Shown here one piece after another: positions 11,960 to 23,220 of a DNA stretch of 64,000 bases. The DNA is taken from NCBI RefSeq assembly GCF_001194135.2, contig NC_068987.1:92426023-92490022 (forward strand), written 5' to 3'. Position numbers and translations under genes: made by a program. Below the pieces are notes generated by a model, which saw nothing but the letters and a program-made list of their open reading frames with translations, was not told the DNA's origin and searched no databases. The number at the start of each line of letters is the position of its first letter. The first letter of the stretch is position 1. The stretch comes from Octopus bimaculoides. Taxonomy: Eukaryota.

Positions 11960-12850
11960 CGGCCTCGGTATGTGTTGTGGAGGACACCCCCAAGTCAGAA
12001 TGGCTGTTCCACAACTGATAAACAGTGGACAGATACAGCAAGTAGGGTCAGTCGGCGAGGTATGCCGCACGGGCCAGTCATACAGATGATGAAATACGTC
12101 GTTATAATGCGGGAAATATTAGTGGCGACGAGGGTACTCCCCACTATATAACGGCGTCGTTCTAACAGTTGTAACAAGGTTACGAACGCTCGTAGGAGTG
12201 TCCAAATGGAAGAACTACACACACTGAATAATCTGAAGAAGTATTTGAATTACACTCAGCGAAAACTGGAACAAAAATAGAAATGAGTTACAGACAGTGA
12301 CAAATAATATCCACACAGTGAAAAATATATAAATTCTACCGAAAAAGGATTCTGAAGAAAAGAATGTGTGATAAAACTGGAACTCGAACACAGAACTGAA
12401 CTATACACAGTGTAAAATGATATAAATCGGTTTCTGAGAGTTCTGTTAGGTCGTTATGTGTTAGTAACGCTACCGGTAAACAATGCAGACTAGTACTACA
12501 TACGGCATTCTGTCGAGAAAAAAATTCCGTGTGGAAGAAAAAAATAATAATAAGTGAATGTGAAGGATTCTTGTCCGGTCGCTATGCGTTAGTAGCTCAA
12601 CCAGTACACGATGTAGACAGGTACTACCTGCAGCATTCTGAAGAAAATAAGTAATAATGGTGTGTGAAATCTCAAATGGGGAAGGTGTTGTGGCGGGCAC
12701 TTTCAAGTGAGAAGTGGGCTGTTCCACTTCTGATAGATAGTGGGCAGGCACAACAAGCATCGTCAGCCGGCGAGGTATACCGTAAAAGGCCAGTCACGAA
12801 GACGACGATATACGTGGTCATAATGCGGGAGTTATCAATGTGACAGACCT
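11960..12850. repeat. Local tandem duplication: two ~170-bp copies (about 11970-12130 and 12680-12840) separated by degenerate ~110-130-bp sub-repeats
   Basis: Shared GTGTTGTGG, GGCTGTTCCAC, CGGCGAGGTAT, GGCCAGTCA and ATAATGCGGGA anchors in both copies. ATTCTGAAGAAAA recurs at about 12349 and 12635. Confidence 0.85.
12672..12848 (-). CDS. Candidate exon for a small secreted Cys-containing peptide: VCHIDNSRIMTTYIVVFVTGLLRYTSPADDACCACPLSIRSGTAHFSLESARHNTFPI*
   Basis: Acceptor ttatttatttAG at 12850-12849; upstream donor ATG|GTGAGC at 12981 (133-nt intron). Only this frame is open; hydrophobic stretch followed by CCxC. Confidence 0.3.
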   Translation of the reverse strand, partial: VCHIDNSRIMTTYIVVFVTGLLRYTSPADDACCACPLSIRSGTAHFSLESARHNTFPI

Positions 12851-13039
12851 AAATAAATAAACCTAATTTCAAATCTCATGAGCTTAACTGAAGTGTTAAT
12901 AATAACACGCGACACCCAAAAACATACTAAATCACATACACAGAGTTCAAATAGCATCAACAATTAAAGAAATGTGCTCACCATCGAAAACCTTTCACCC
13001 AACCATATTCGTCGAAACCTAATTCGAGAGGCACATGGT

Positions 13040-13090
<51 letters not shown>

Positions 13091-14212
13091 CTATGTACAC
13101 ACAGCGTATACTAAATACTGGGTAACATTCAATGAATAATATACCCGTATTTATCTGCATATCTTAACCCAATCGTATTCGTTACAGGCTAAGCGAACGA
13201 TCTTAATACTATGTATGAATTATAGTCACCTGTGAATCAAGGTGGGGTTGCCCAGTAGTTTTTGTAAATTACTTTCAAGTGTTCCTCAAACTATCCACTA
13301 ATCTTTTGGAAAATTCCCACTAATTTTAGCTGGATGTATTTGCTGTATAATGTTTCCCTGGAGACTCTATGTCTGAAGTTAAATATGCCACGAACATATC
13401 TGTCATTTCTTTGAACATACGTTTCGCTCATCATGGTTGAACGAAATACATAGGGCAAAAAAAAACAAAAAAAAAACAAAAAGAACAAAACAAATAACAC
13501 ACAAACTCTTTCTACTTCTACACATCTGCAAATTATAAGATATTATAGATAATATAATATCATCTATAATATCATTATCAATGACAATAACAAGAAAAAC
13601 AACAGCAAGGATCCAATATGGAAGTCGAGCCAATATGGCATTCTCATATCCAAATCGCCGTCAAATTGCACCTTAGTCTTAAAATAGTTGGATTCTTTGG
13701 ACAATATAGTAGTGGATAAACCAAAAAGAGAACTTGGCCACGACAACGCCATATTTGATCATAGGCCAGTTCGAATAACAGCAACGAGAACAACCGTGTA
13801 TGCAATATGGTCTCTAATACCAGCAAATCACTACTTTGGCTTGTCATATAAATTCATGAAGTTACTGCAGTAATACAGAGATTTTATAGTTTTATATTTT
13901 CGATTTCTGTGCGAGGCAGAATAGGAAGCAAACTGTAGCCAAGTTAATTATCAGAATGAAAAGATGTGCAAACTCAATGCTATTTACATTATAAGGGCTA
14001 TAATTTGGAAATGTCATTCACAGATATAAGATGGAGAAGCAAATAACATTACAATAAAGACATTGAGATGATTCACAAAAGTTTAAGGCTATCTTCTTGG
14101 TATTCGTGCCAAAACTTTTCACAAGAACCTCGATGCATATATTTATCATTATCGTTTTCTGTCTCTCTCTGTACATATTTTATGTATGTATGAATGTATG
14201 TATATACATACA

Positions 14213-14590
<378 letters not shown>

Positions 14591-16311
14591 CCTATCTCTT
14601 TCTCTCTTTCTACAAAGATACACGTGTGTCTGTTTGTGTAACTTCGTATGTCGGTATATATATATATGTAGGCAAGCAATACTTTTATGTAATACACAAA
14701 CATACATATAGATATTCAAACACGTCTCTATGTATGCATAAAAATATTCTTTATAATGTTGATAAAGTATAATCTCCGACCGTAAGATGCTGGCTATATT
14801 TAAATAAATGTATTCTTGTCCAGCTTGAAAATCATGAAATACCTGTATGTATGAACTTGTGGTTCTTTAAACATAAACATTTTTGGAAAAATAAACCGAC
14901 TGAAGATTTGATCGACTCTAGAAAATGAGGCTAACTTGCAATAGAAACTTGAAAACTGTGAACAACATGAATACTCAAAAACCTGAAAATGATATTCACC
15001 CAGAAAATATTCTCAGCGACCATGCTTTATAGCCTGGAGAAAGCAGTGACATATGCAACCAGTATCATATATGTTACGAACTTCATCGGTATTGATAGCG
15101 TTGGAATGGCTGTTGATAAATTCCAGAACAACTTCTGTCAACAGTCAAAACACTATAGAAAAATATGAGATCGGATGAGATAATAACGATGCATATCTGA
15201 ATTGCTTTTTGTTTTGTAGGTTCTAATATAAATATAATCCCTATTATCAAATGGCGAAACATATATATGTTATCGTGTGATACCATATATTTGACGTGGT
15301 ATTTACATTAAAGAAATGACGATATCCTGAAACACGAAACTGAAATATTGAATAAACAGATATGATTAATTCCTACCTCTCCTCACAGTGCATTTGCTTT
15401 TTCAATTACCATAACGATATACCGATATCAGAAGCACGAAATCCCAAAAGAACACGATATTTTCTCTGCTATCTTCAAATAATATATCACGAATTAATTA
15501 GTAGTAACGCCGGCTGAACTCTCCTGGCTAAGTAGGCCTTGAAGTTTTCCTCGAATAAATGAAATTGAAATTGAAGAAATTCAAGGGGGAGAATGGATGC
15601 CTGATATTCTGTGTTTAGAACGTATTTGTATAACTTTCACTCTGTGTGTTACGAAACAAACATTTAATTCTCAAGCCATTCAAGTAATGTGAACGTGAAC
15701 TGCAGGCCAAAATAGTAACGTGAGGCAGTGAATATACGAATATGTTAGGTTGTGTACTGTATGAAATGATGCTAAATTTATAGAACTCTAGAGTGTTCAA
15801 GATATCAGTCGTAAGACAATTATTACTCATTGAAAGTGTTTGCAGGTTAATTATCAATTACACGATGCAACATAGATGTACATACGTATATACATACATT
15901 CGTATGTTATATATAAATACTTCTCGTGCATACATACGTAAATTCGTATATACATGCATATATATATATATATATATATTCATATGTGTGTGTGTGTGTG
16001 TAAGTATTATTACATGAGCACACTTGTATTAACTGAATGGCTATTCATAATGTCAGTGACTAAACTTTGACTGTTACTCTGAATTTCCCCGGATTTGTCT
16101 TATAATGCACCTCGTGAGATAACTAATTACCTACCTACCTACCTACCTACCTAAATCCCTCCGTACCTTCCTACCTACACACACACACTCACACGCCTTC
16201 AAAGAACATTTCTGTCTTTATTTCTTAACTGCTGGGGTTGTACCTTAGCACACACTTGCCATTGCTCAAAGATTCTACCATATTCCCTAGCATCTTCTGG
16301 TCACAGAGCAG

Positions 16312-16734
16312 TTATGCTATAAGCTTGGGTATTGTGAATCCGCTGGACTCTTGAAATAATTCATTGAATCCCAGTGATTCGTGCCAATGTTTGCAGTTGT
16401 TGCTTTCCCAGTATTTGGTTCTTTCACTATCGCCTTTCATTTTTTTAGGCCTACTTTTATGTGTACATATTTTCTGAAAAGTGTCAGCATTGTAGAAATC
16501 TATCGCCTTCTGGGGATTTCGAACAATCTGCACACTATTTTCCCTAAGAACTTCGTGACGGTTCATTGCTTCTGCCGAAATTCCCTCATTTCCTTGCAAT
16601 GAAGAAGAACTGGAAGATATATTCCGATAGAGGAAGAGTTCCTCTACATATGCTTCTTTGAGAGTTTTAGCTAAAATATCTCTCAACCCACTGCTCGGCA
16701 GATGTAAGTAGTGGAACTTGTCCCTTTTTTTCAT
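16312..16734 (-). CDS. Uncharacterised 140-aa ORF in non-repetitive sequence
   Basis: ATG-to-stop, normal amino-acid composition, no gap or microsatellite. No family recognised and no splice support. Confidence 0.2.
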   Translation of the reverse strand: MKKRDKFHYLHLPSSGLRDILAKTLKEAYVEELFLYRNISSSSSSLQGNEGISAEAMNRHEVLRENSVQIVRNPQKAIDFYNADTFQKICTHKSRPKKMKGDSERTKYWESNNCKHWHESLGFNELFQESSGFTIPKLIA

Positions 16735-18972
16735 GAAAGAGGTAGAATTAAATTAAACAGAGTTAAGAGACATGATAGAAGAAGCGAAGAATTCACAAAG
16801 TTTTCAATGTTCACTCTGTCTGCAGCTGATACATAGCATAAGAATATAATACACATTTACATATGCTTATAATGAAAGTATTCCCTTTGAAATCATCCAA
16901 GTCATTTGTTTTAAGTATCATGATAGCTCCACTGAATGAAATTGCAATTAAAATATTCCAGATGCATCGATACTGTATTTTCTGTTATAGTGTATCTAAT
17001 ACAAATTTTACTTTTCTTAGAAGACAACTGAGTGATTTCGGTGAAATTATGTGGCAGTTTATGTAGGCGGAAAGATTACTGAAATATTACTCGTTTGGTG
17101 TGATCCGAACAGTTTTATCTGCATTATAAATCTCATGTTTCAGTGTTACATATATATATATATATACAGTTATATACATTTAGTAGTGGGAAACCGACGT
17201 GCAATACGTTAGCCTTACATGAGGCCAAAATTATGTTTATCTGGAAGCGAAACCTAGCAGCAATCACGATATACAAAAACTCGTNNNNNNNNNNNNNNNN
17301 NNNNNNNNNNNNNNNNNNNNNNNNNNNNNNNNNNNNNNNNNNNNNNNNNNNNNNNNNNNNNNNNNNNNNNNNNNNNNNNNNNNNNNNNNNNNNNNNNNNN
17401 NNNNNNNNNNNNNNNNNNNNNNNNNNNNNNNNNNNNNNNNNNNNNNNNNNNNNNNNNNNNNNNNNNNNNNNNNNNNNNNNNNNNNNNNNNNNNNNNNNNN
17501 NNNNNNNNNNNNNNNNNNNNNNNNNNNNNNNNNNNNNNNNNNNNNNNNNNNNNNNNNNNNNNNNNNNNNNNNNNNNNNNNNNNNNNNNNNNNNNNNNNNN
17601 NNNNNNNNNNNNNNNNNNNNNNNNNNNNNNNNNNNNNNNNNNNNNNNNNNNNNNNNNNNNNNNNNNNNNNNNNNNNNNNNNNNNNNNNNNNNNNNNNNNN
17701 NNNNNNNNNNNNNNNNNNNNNNNNNNNNNNNNNNNNNNNNNNNNNNNNNNNNNNNNNNNNNNNNNNNNNNNNNNNNNNNNNNNNNNNNNNNNNNNNNNNN
17801 NNNNNNNNNNNNNNNNNNNNNNNNNNNNNNNNNNNNNNNNNNNNNNNNNNNNNNNNNNNNNNNNNNNNNNNNNNNNNNNNNNNNNNNNNNNNNNNNNNNN
17901 NNNNNNNNNNNNNNNNNNNNNNNNNNNNNNNNNNNNNNNNNNNNNNNNNNNNNNNNNNNNNNNNNNNNNNNNNNNNNNNNNNNNNNNNNNNNNNNNNNNN
18001 NNNNNNNNNNNNNNNNNNNNNNNNNNNNNNNNNNNNNNNNNNNNNNNNNNNNNNNNNNNNNNNNNNNNNNNNNNNNNNNNNNNNNNNNNNNNNNNNNNNN
18101 NNNNNNNNNNNNNNNNNNNNNNNNNNNNNNNNNNNNNNNNNNNNNNNNNNNNNNNNNNNNNNNNNNNNNNNNNNNNNNNNNNNNNNNNNNNNNNNNNNNN
18201 NNNNNNNNNNNNNNNNNNNNATTAGACATAGGAACACCAACCATGCTGCTTACTGACTCGTGCTTCATATGTTGTCTGGTCATTTCTGCTGATGATAGTC
18301 CGACCTTGTAAGATATATAATTTTTATCTTACTAAAATTGACTTGAAACCATGGTACAGAATATAGATTGGTAAATGTTTTTATTTTTCATTCCGTTTCG
18401 AAATTATCCCTAATTTTTGTGGTATGTAGTATTTTGCTGCTATTTCTAGCGGGTTAGATGTCCTATTATAGGCATCTCTGCATTTTAAATGAATAATACA
18501 TAGTCTATTGACTCTTTTTTTACTCTCGCTAGACCACTGGTGGTAAATAAAATTTCTAAAAATTTTTTTGCTACTCTATAATTTATTAATATATTATATT
18601 ATATTATATATGTTTGTAATAATGCTATCGACAGGGTCTATATTAAATCAATTTGTGGCTCTCACCATTGTTTTTGCTCTTAAAAATATTATTGACCATT
18701 AATATGTTTGAAAGTTAACTGTTATACCTGACATTGGCAAACAGTAAGGAAAAAATCTGTTTGACAGCTAGCTACTAGAAATAGTCATTAACACCTGCAA
18801 ATTAGAAAATAAATAAAGAAGTATACGTTACAGAATATAGTAATCGGTGCATGTTATTGCTTCAAACACATTTGAAAAGTATCTATCGATTATCTTTTAC
18901 CTGTTTCAGTCATTAGATTGCGGTCATGTGGAGGTACCGCCTTGAAAAAGTTCTCAGTGCATATTATTATTA

Positions 18973-19282
18973 TTTATTTATTTTTTGCTTTTAAAACCTG
19001 ATATGTTCTGTACCGGTCTATTTCACCGAACCGCCAAATTACGGGGATATAAACACAACACACGTTGTGAAGCTGTGTTGGGCGACAAACATAGACACAA
19101 AGACGCCTACACATGCGCATATGCATGCATGCATGTATGTCTAGATACATTTGTGTATATGTGTATACACAATCACACACGCACACATTCACTTCCCGTC
19201 TACCATATCGGTTAGTCGACTTGAGGTTATAGTGCAAAACAGTTACCGAAGGTCCCGGGCAATGGGATTGAATCCGAACATT
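18973..19282 (-). mobile_element. OR2-like CORE-SINE, diverged
   Basis: GCCGAACCGC..AAGTTACGGGGA-like body (CACCGAACCGCCAAATTACGGGGATATAAACAC), internal CA/TA run, and head remnant GGGATTGAATCCGAAC; reverse complement matches 63231-63630. Confidence 0.8.
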
Positions 19283-22200
19283 ATTTGCATAAATTAACTA
19301 TCACTTAATTAATGACCGAAGTTTTTTATATACTTAATTGATGAAAGTCTGAAATATTCAGCATTTTATATCATCTGTCTTTGATTTGAACATAAAAATT
19401 AAAAGTGAATGGTTCTTTCTATCAAACGGTGACGGTAAAAGGCCATACAATTTTGTCAACGAAAGATTTCATACATATATATGTTTACTCGCCAATAATT
19501 CATAAACTGGTTTTGTAAATGATACATCTAAATAGGAAAATAGAAACAAATCTATATTTGAGACTAGACTCATTTAACTATCAATATTTAACTGTATGAT
19601 TTTAAATAATATAGAACATTGAATGCCATGATCTTTTAACAGATTTCGCTCTAAATGTCAGATATATTTTTGCTCTTATTTTCCCGTCATTCAAATGGTT
19701 AGATATTTTGCTTTTACCTGTAGCTAAATACCACGATTAGTATTGAAAATATTTCAGGAAGTAAAATGGTATTGCCTACAAATATCGTTGCAAATCTTGA
19801 CATGGCATGTCTTGCTTTAAACTCTCTTCCGCTAATTTGGCTACAAGTACCAATTCTGTCTACAGTTTTCAAAAGTAGAAAATGAAATCCGGAAACGTTA
19901 AATGTTTGCCGCTTCTGTCTAAATTTCTGTATGGAAAAGGTTATTAAGTTGACAAGAACTACGTCTGTAAAGTTATGCTCGTTTTCAAACATGCTTTCCT
20001 CAAAGTTAAAAAGAAAAAGAACAAAAAATCAAAAAGAAAAAATAAATTTAAAAAACTACTAGCAAAGACTTTCGTGATATACAACCTTTCGGAGAATGAA
20101 AACGTATTTTTGTATAGTTATATTTAAAAATGAAACAAAGCGAAACCTTTGTTTCCATTATCATTGAACAAAACTTCCCAAAATAATTAAATAATAACAA
20201 AACAGAAGATGGAGCAATGGAAAAATATAACGACAATTCTTCATTGACGTTTATACGAGGAGTACAGCAGATAACATTACTCTCAAGATTTTTCTAATAG
20301 AAAATATTTAATGTTGAGAGATAGAACAACAGATATAAACCCTAAAGTACAGTGTTTAAAAAAGACACTTAACAATATGCACAGCTAATAACATAACAAA
20401 GAATATGCAAATATATATGCTCTTGCACATAGATGTAGAAAGGGATTGATGTACTTGTGTGTGCGTGCGTGCATGCATCTGTATATGAATAAATATGTTG
20501 ACATTCATAACATATATGTTTGTATATATGTATATATATATATATATATATATNNNNNNNNNNNNNNNNNNNNNNNNNNNNNNNNNNNNNNNNNNNNNNN
20601 NNNNNNNNNNNNNNNNNNNNNNNNNNNNNNNNNNNNNNNNNNNNNNNNNNNNNNNNNNNNNNNNNNNNNNNNNNNNNNNNNNNNNNNNNNNNNNNNNNNN
20701 NNNNNNNNNNNNNNNNNNNNNNNNNNNNNNNNNNNNNNNNNNNNNNNNNNNNNNNNNNNNNNNNNNNNNNNNNNNNNNNNNNNNNNNNNNNNNNNNNNNN
20801 NNNNNNNNNNNNNNNNNNNNNNNNNNNNNNNNNNNNNNNNNNNNNNNNNNNNNNNNNNNNNNNNNNNNNNNNNNNNNNNNNNNNNNNNNNNNNNNNNNNN
20901 NNNNNNNNNACCCCCCCCCCCAAGAAAAAAGAACGAAGAACAAACACAACCACCTCCCCAAAAAAAAACAACGCGAGGACGTGGTACATGCGAAGCGTAA
21001 GCAGACGCTCAGGGAAGGGAAGAAATGTACTTTTTACGTTCCTAGCATAGAAATAATACGTGCGAAAACTTCTGCTTTAAAACTGATATATAGTACAAAA
21101 GGATTATGATGTTGTTATGACGCCCAACACATTGATTAGATCTTACGTAATATTATGCATTACGCGGTGAAACTCTGACAACTTTGGCATTATTCCAGAT
21201 GTCCCGAGCCTGTTCAGAATTGCAGTTTCGCGGCCATTTCTCCCATTTTTCCTAGAAGGCTCCGAGTGTATGATATAACACCCATTTCTCTCTGTCTTTC
21301 TCTCTCTCTCCTCTCTCTCTCTCCCGCTCTCTCTCCGAATCACCAGAATGATCGCAGATGTACATATATTTAAAAAAAATATATTAGCTTTAGAAAGACA
21401 ATGCTTCAACTCTTTAAATTATATTTCCCTTTAAAATGTATTCAGATTTGTTGAACACTATATACACGGTAAGTGGAGGGGTAAACTGCTTAACACCTTT
21501 GACACATGCACTTCTCTAAATATTTTGAAAGTTGTTTTACCGTTCACTCCCGTAGAAATAGTAAACAACATTTACAGCATAATTTCATTCGTCAGTTTGG
21601 AAAATTGCGATGTTCAGAATATCATTTTTATTTTCTCATACATCCTTTATTTTTTTGTCGTTGATTAATCACATCCACTCTCGCTATCTGTCACACATTT
21701 TCGTCTATTTATACCTGCACACACGCATACGTACATCGATCCATACATACATATGCACGCATGCACATATCTTCATTTGTGACTGGATCTCATAAAGCAG
21801 GGATTTCTTAATACTATCTCCCACGATATAAACCTGCACGCATACTTTATAAAAAGCGTGTTTTCGTTCGCAAGAGGTTATTTCTCTGTTAGACTGCTGC
21901 TACAACTGAGAAAATACTTATTGTTGTGAGTCTATTAATTGCGATATAAAAAATGAATTTTGCAAATTTATATTCATTTTTTCATAAATCCTCTTAGGAA
22001 GTGTGTTTTCGATTGCGCTTGTATAATCTCTCTGCCAGATAACACAACACAAATGATTTTAAATATCTCTGCAATGAGAGAAATGTCTATGTTGTATAAA
22101 TGGCGAGAGTATTTTGAAGAAAAATTGGTTTCAAATGTTGTCAGTGTCTACGTTGATAAAAGCGTTTAAACGTAGAAACTAGTGGAAAATGACGTGTTAA

Positions 22201-22402
22201 TAAAAATCAGGAACGGAAAGTACGTTTCCAGCCGATTATAATGTTTGAATGTTGAGAATGAAATCAATGTACGCATTAATGTTTAAAAGCCATTCATGAT
22301 ACAAAATTGAATTAACATGGTGTAGTATGTTTTTGTTGAAATAGAAGAATTTTTGAAAACTTATATTGTAAACTTTCCTTATTTAATTAATAGTTTCCTT
22401 TG

Positions 22403-22454
<52 letters not shown>

Positions 22455-23039
22455 ACACACATACACACACAGACACACACACACACACACACATTCATAT
22501 ATACATACACACATCCATATGTTCATTCACAGATTGCCTCAAGTTGTAAAATAGCAGTTTAACTATATGTCAAAAAATGGGAGTGTTTTCCATTAAATTG
22601 AATGTTCCTGTCTTACCAAACATTTGAATGAGTATAATGTACTTTTGAAGCAGCACAGATTCATTTGGAATCGTGACTTATGTCTTCACGCAATCATTTA
22701 CATATTTTCAGAAGCTATGTAAAACTTAATGGAGATAATTTAGGTTCTTACATATATTATGACGTTTTGTTTAAATAACAATTTAGTTCCAATTAAATCA
22801 GCACAATCTTCCCGTATTTGAGATAGGAAAGAGCGGTAACTTAAACCCATGTATATTTGACTGTCTGTCACCTACAGAAATTGTAGATGATGCAATGTAA
22901 TATTTTTTATATATTGCTGTTTATTATTAGTAGTGATATTATTACATAGCAAAAATAAAGTGATACGACACTCTGTCAGTCATGGCGGTGAATGTTCCTT
23001 TTGATCCTATAATAGAAACAGTGTGCTCGTGAAACAAAC

Positions 23040-23220
23040 GTGCAAGTCGGCTGATTACTCTTTGGACACGCGTAATCTTAACATAGCTCTGAGTGAGATT
23101 CAGCGTGACACAGAATGTGAAATAGAGTGTATTGCTTAAGGACACAGCGCGCTGGCGGATATTGAACTCACAAGACATTACAATCGTGAGCCAAATACCG
23201 CGCAGACTAAGACACTCACT
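23040..23220 (-). mobile_element. Diverged tRNA-headed CORE-type SINE
   Basis: Minus strand has B-box GAGTTCAATATCC followed by CORE-like GCTGTGTCCTTAAGCAATACACTCTATTTCAC. Confidence 0.65.

Noticed and set aside
12213-12665. CRISPR-like repeat-spacer arrangement
   Set aside because: The repeats are degenerate, the spacers are homologous to each other, there are no cas genes and the context is eukaryotic.
19714-19992. 92-aa minus-strand ORF with AG/GT-like ends
   Set aside because: An equally plausible exon can be drawn on the plus strand; no homology or phase partner.
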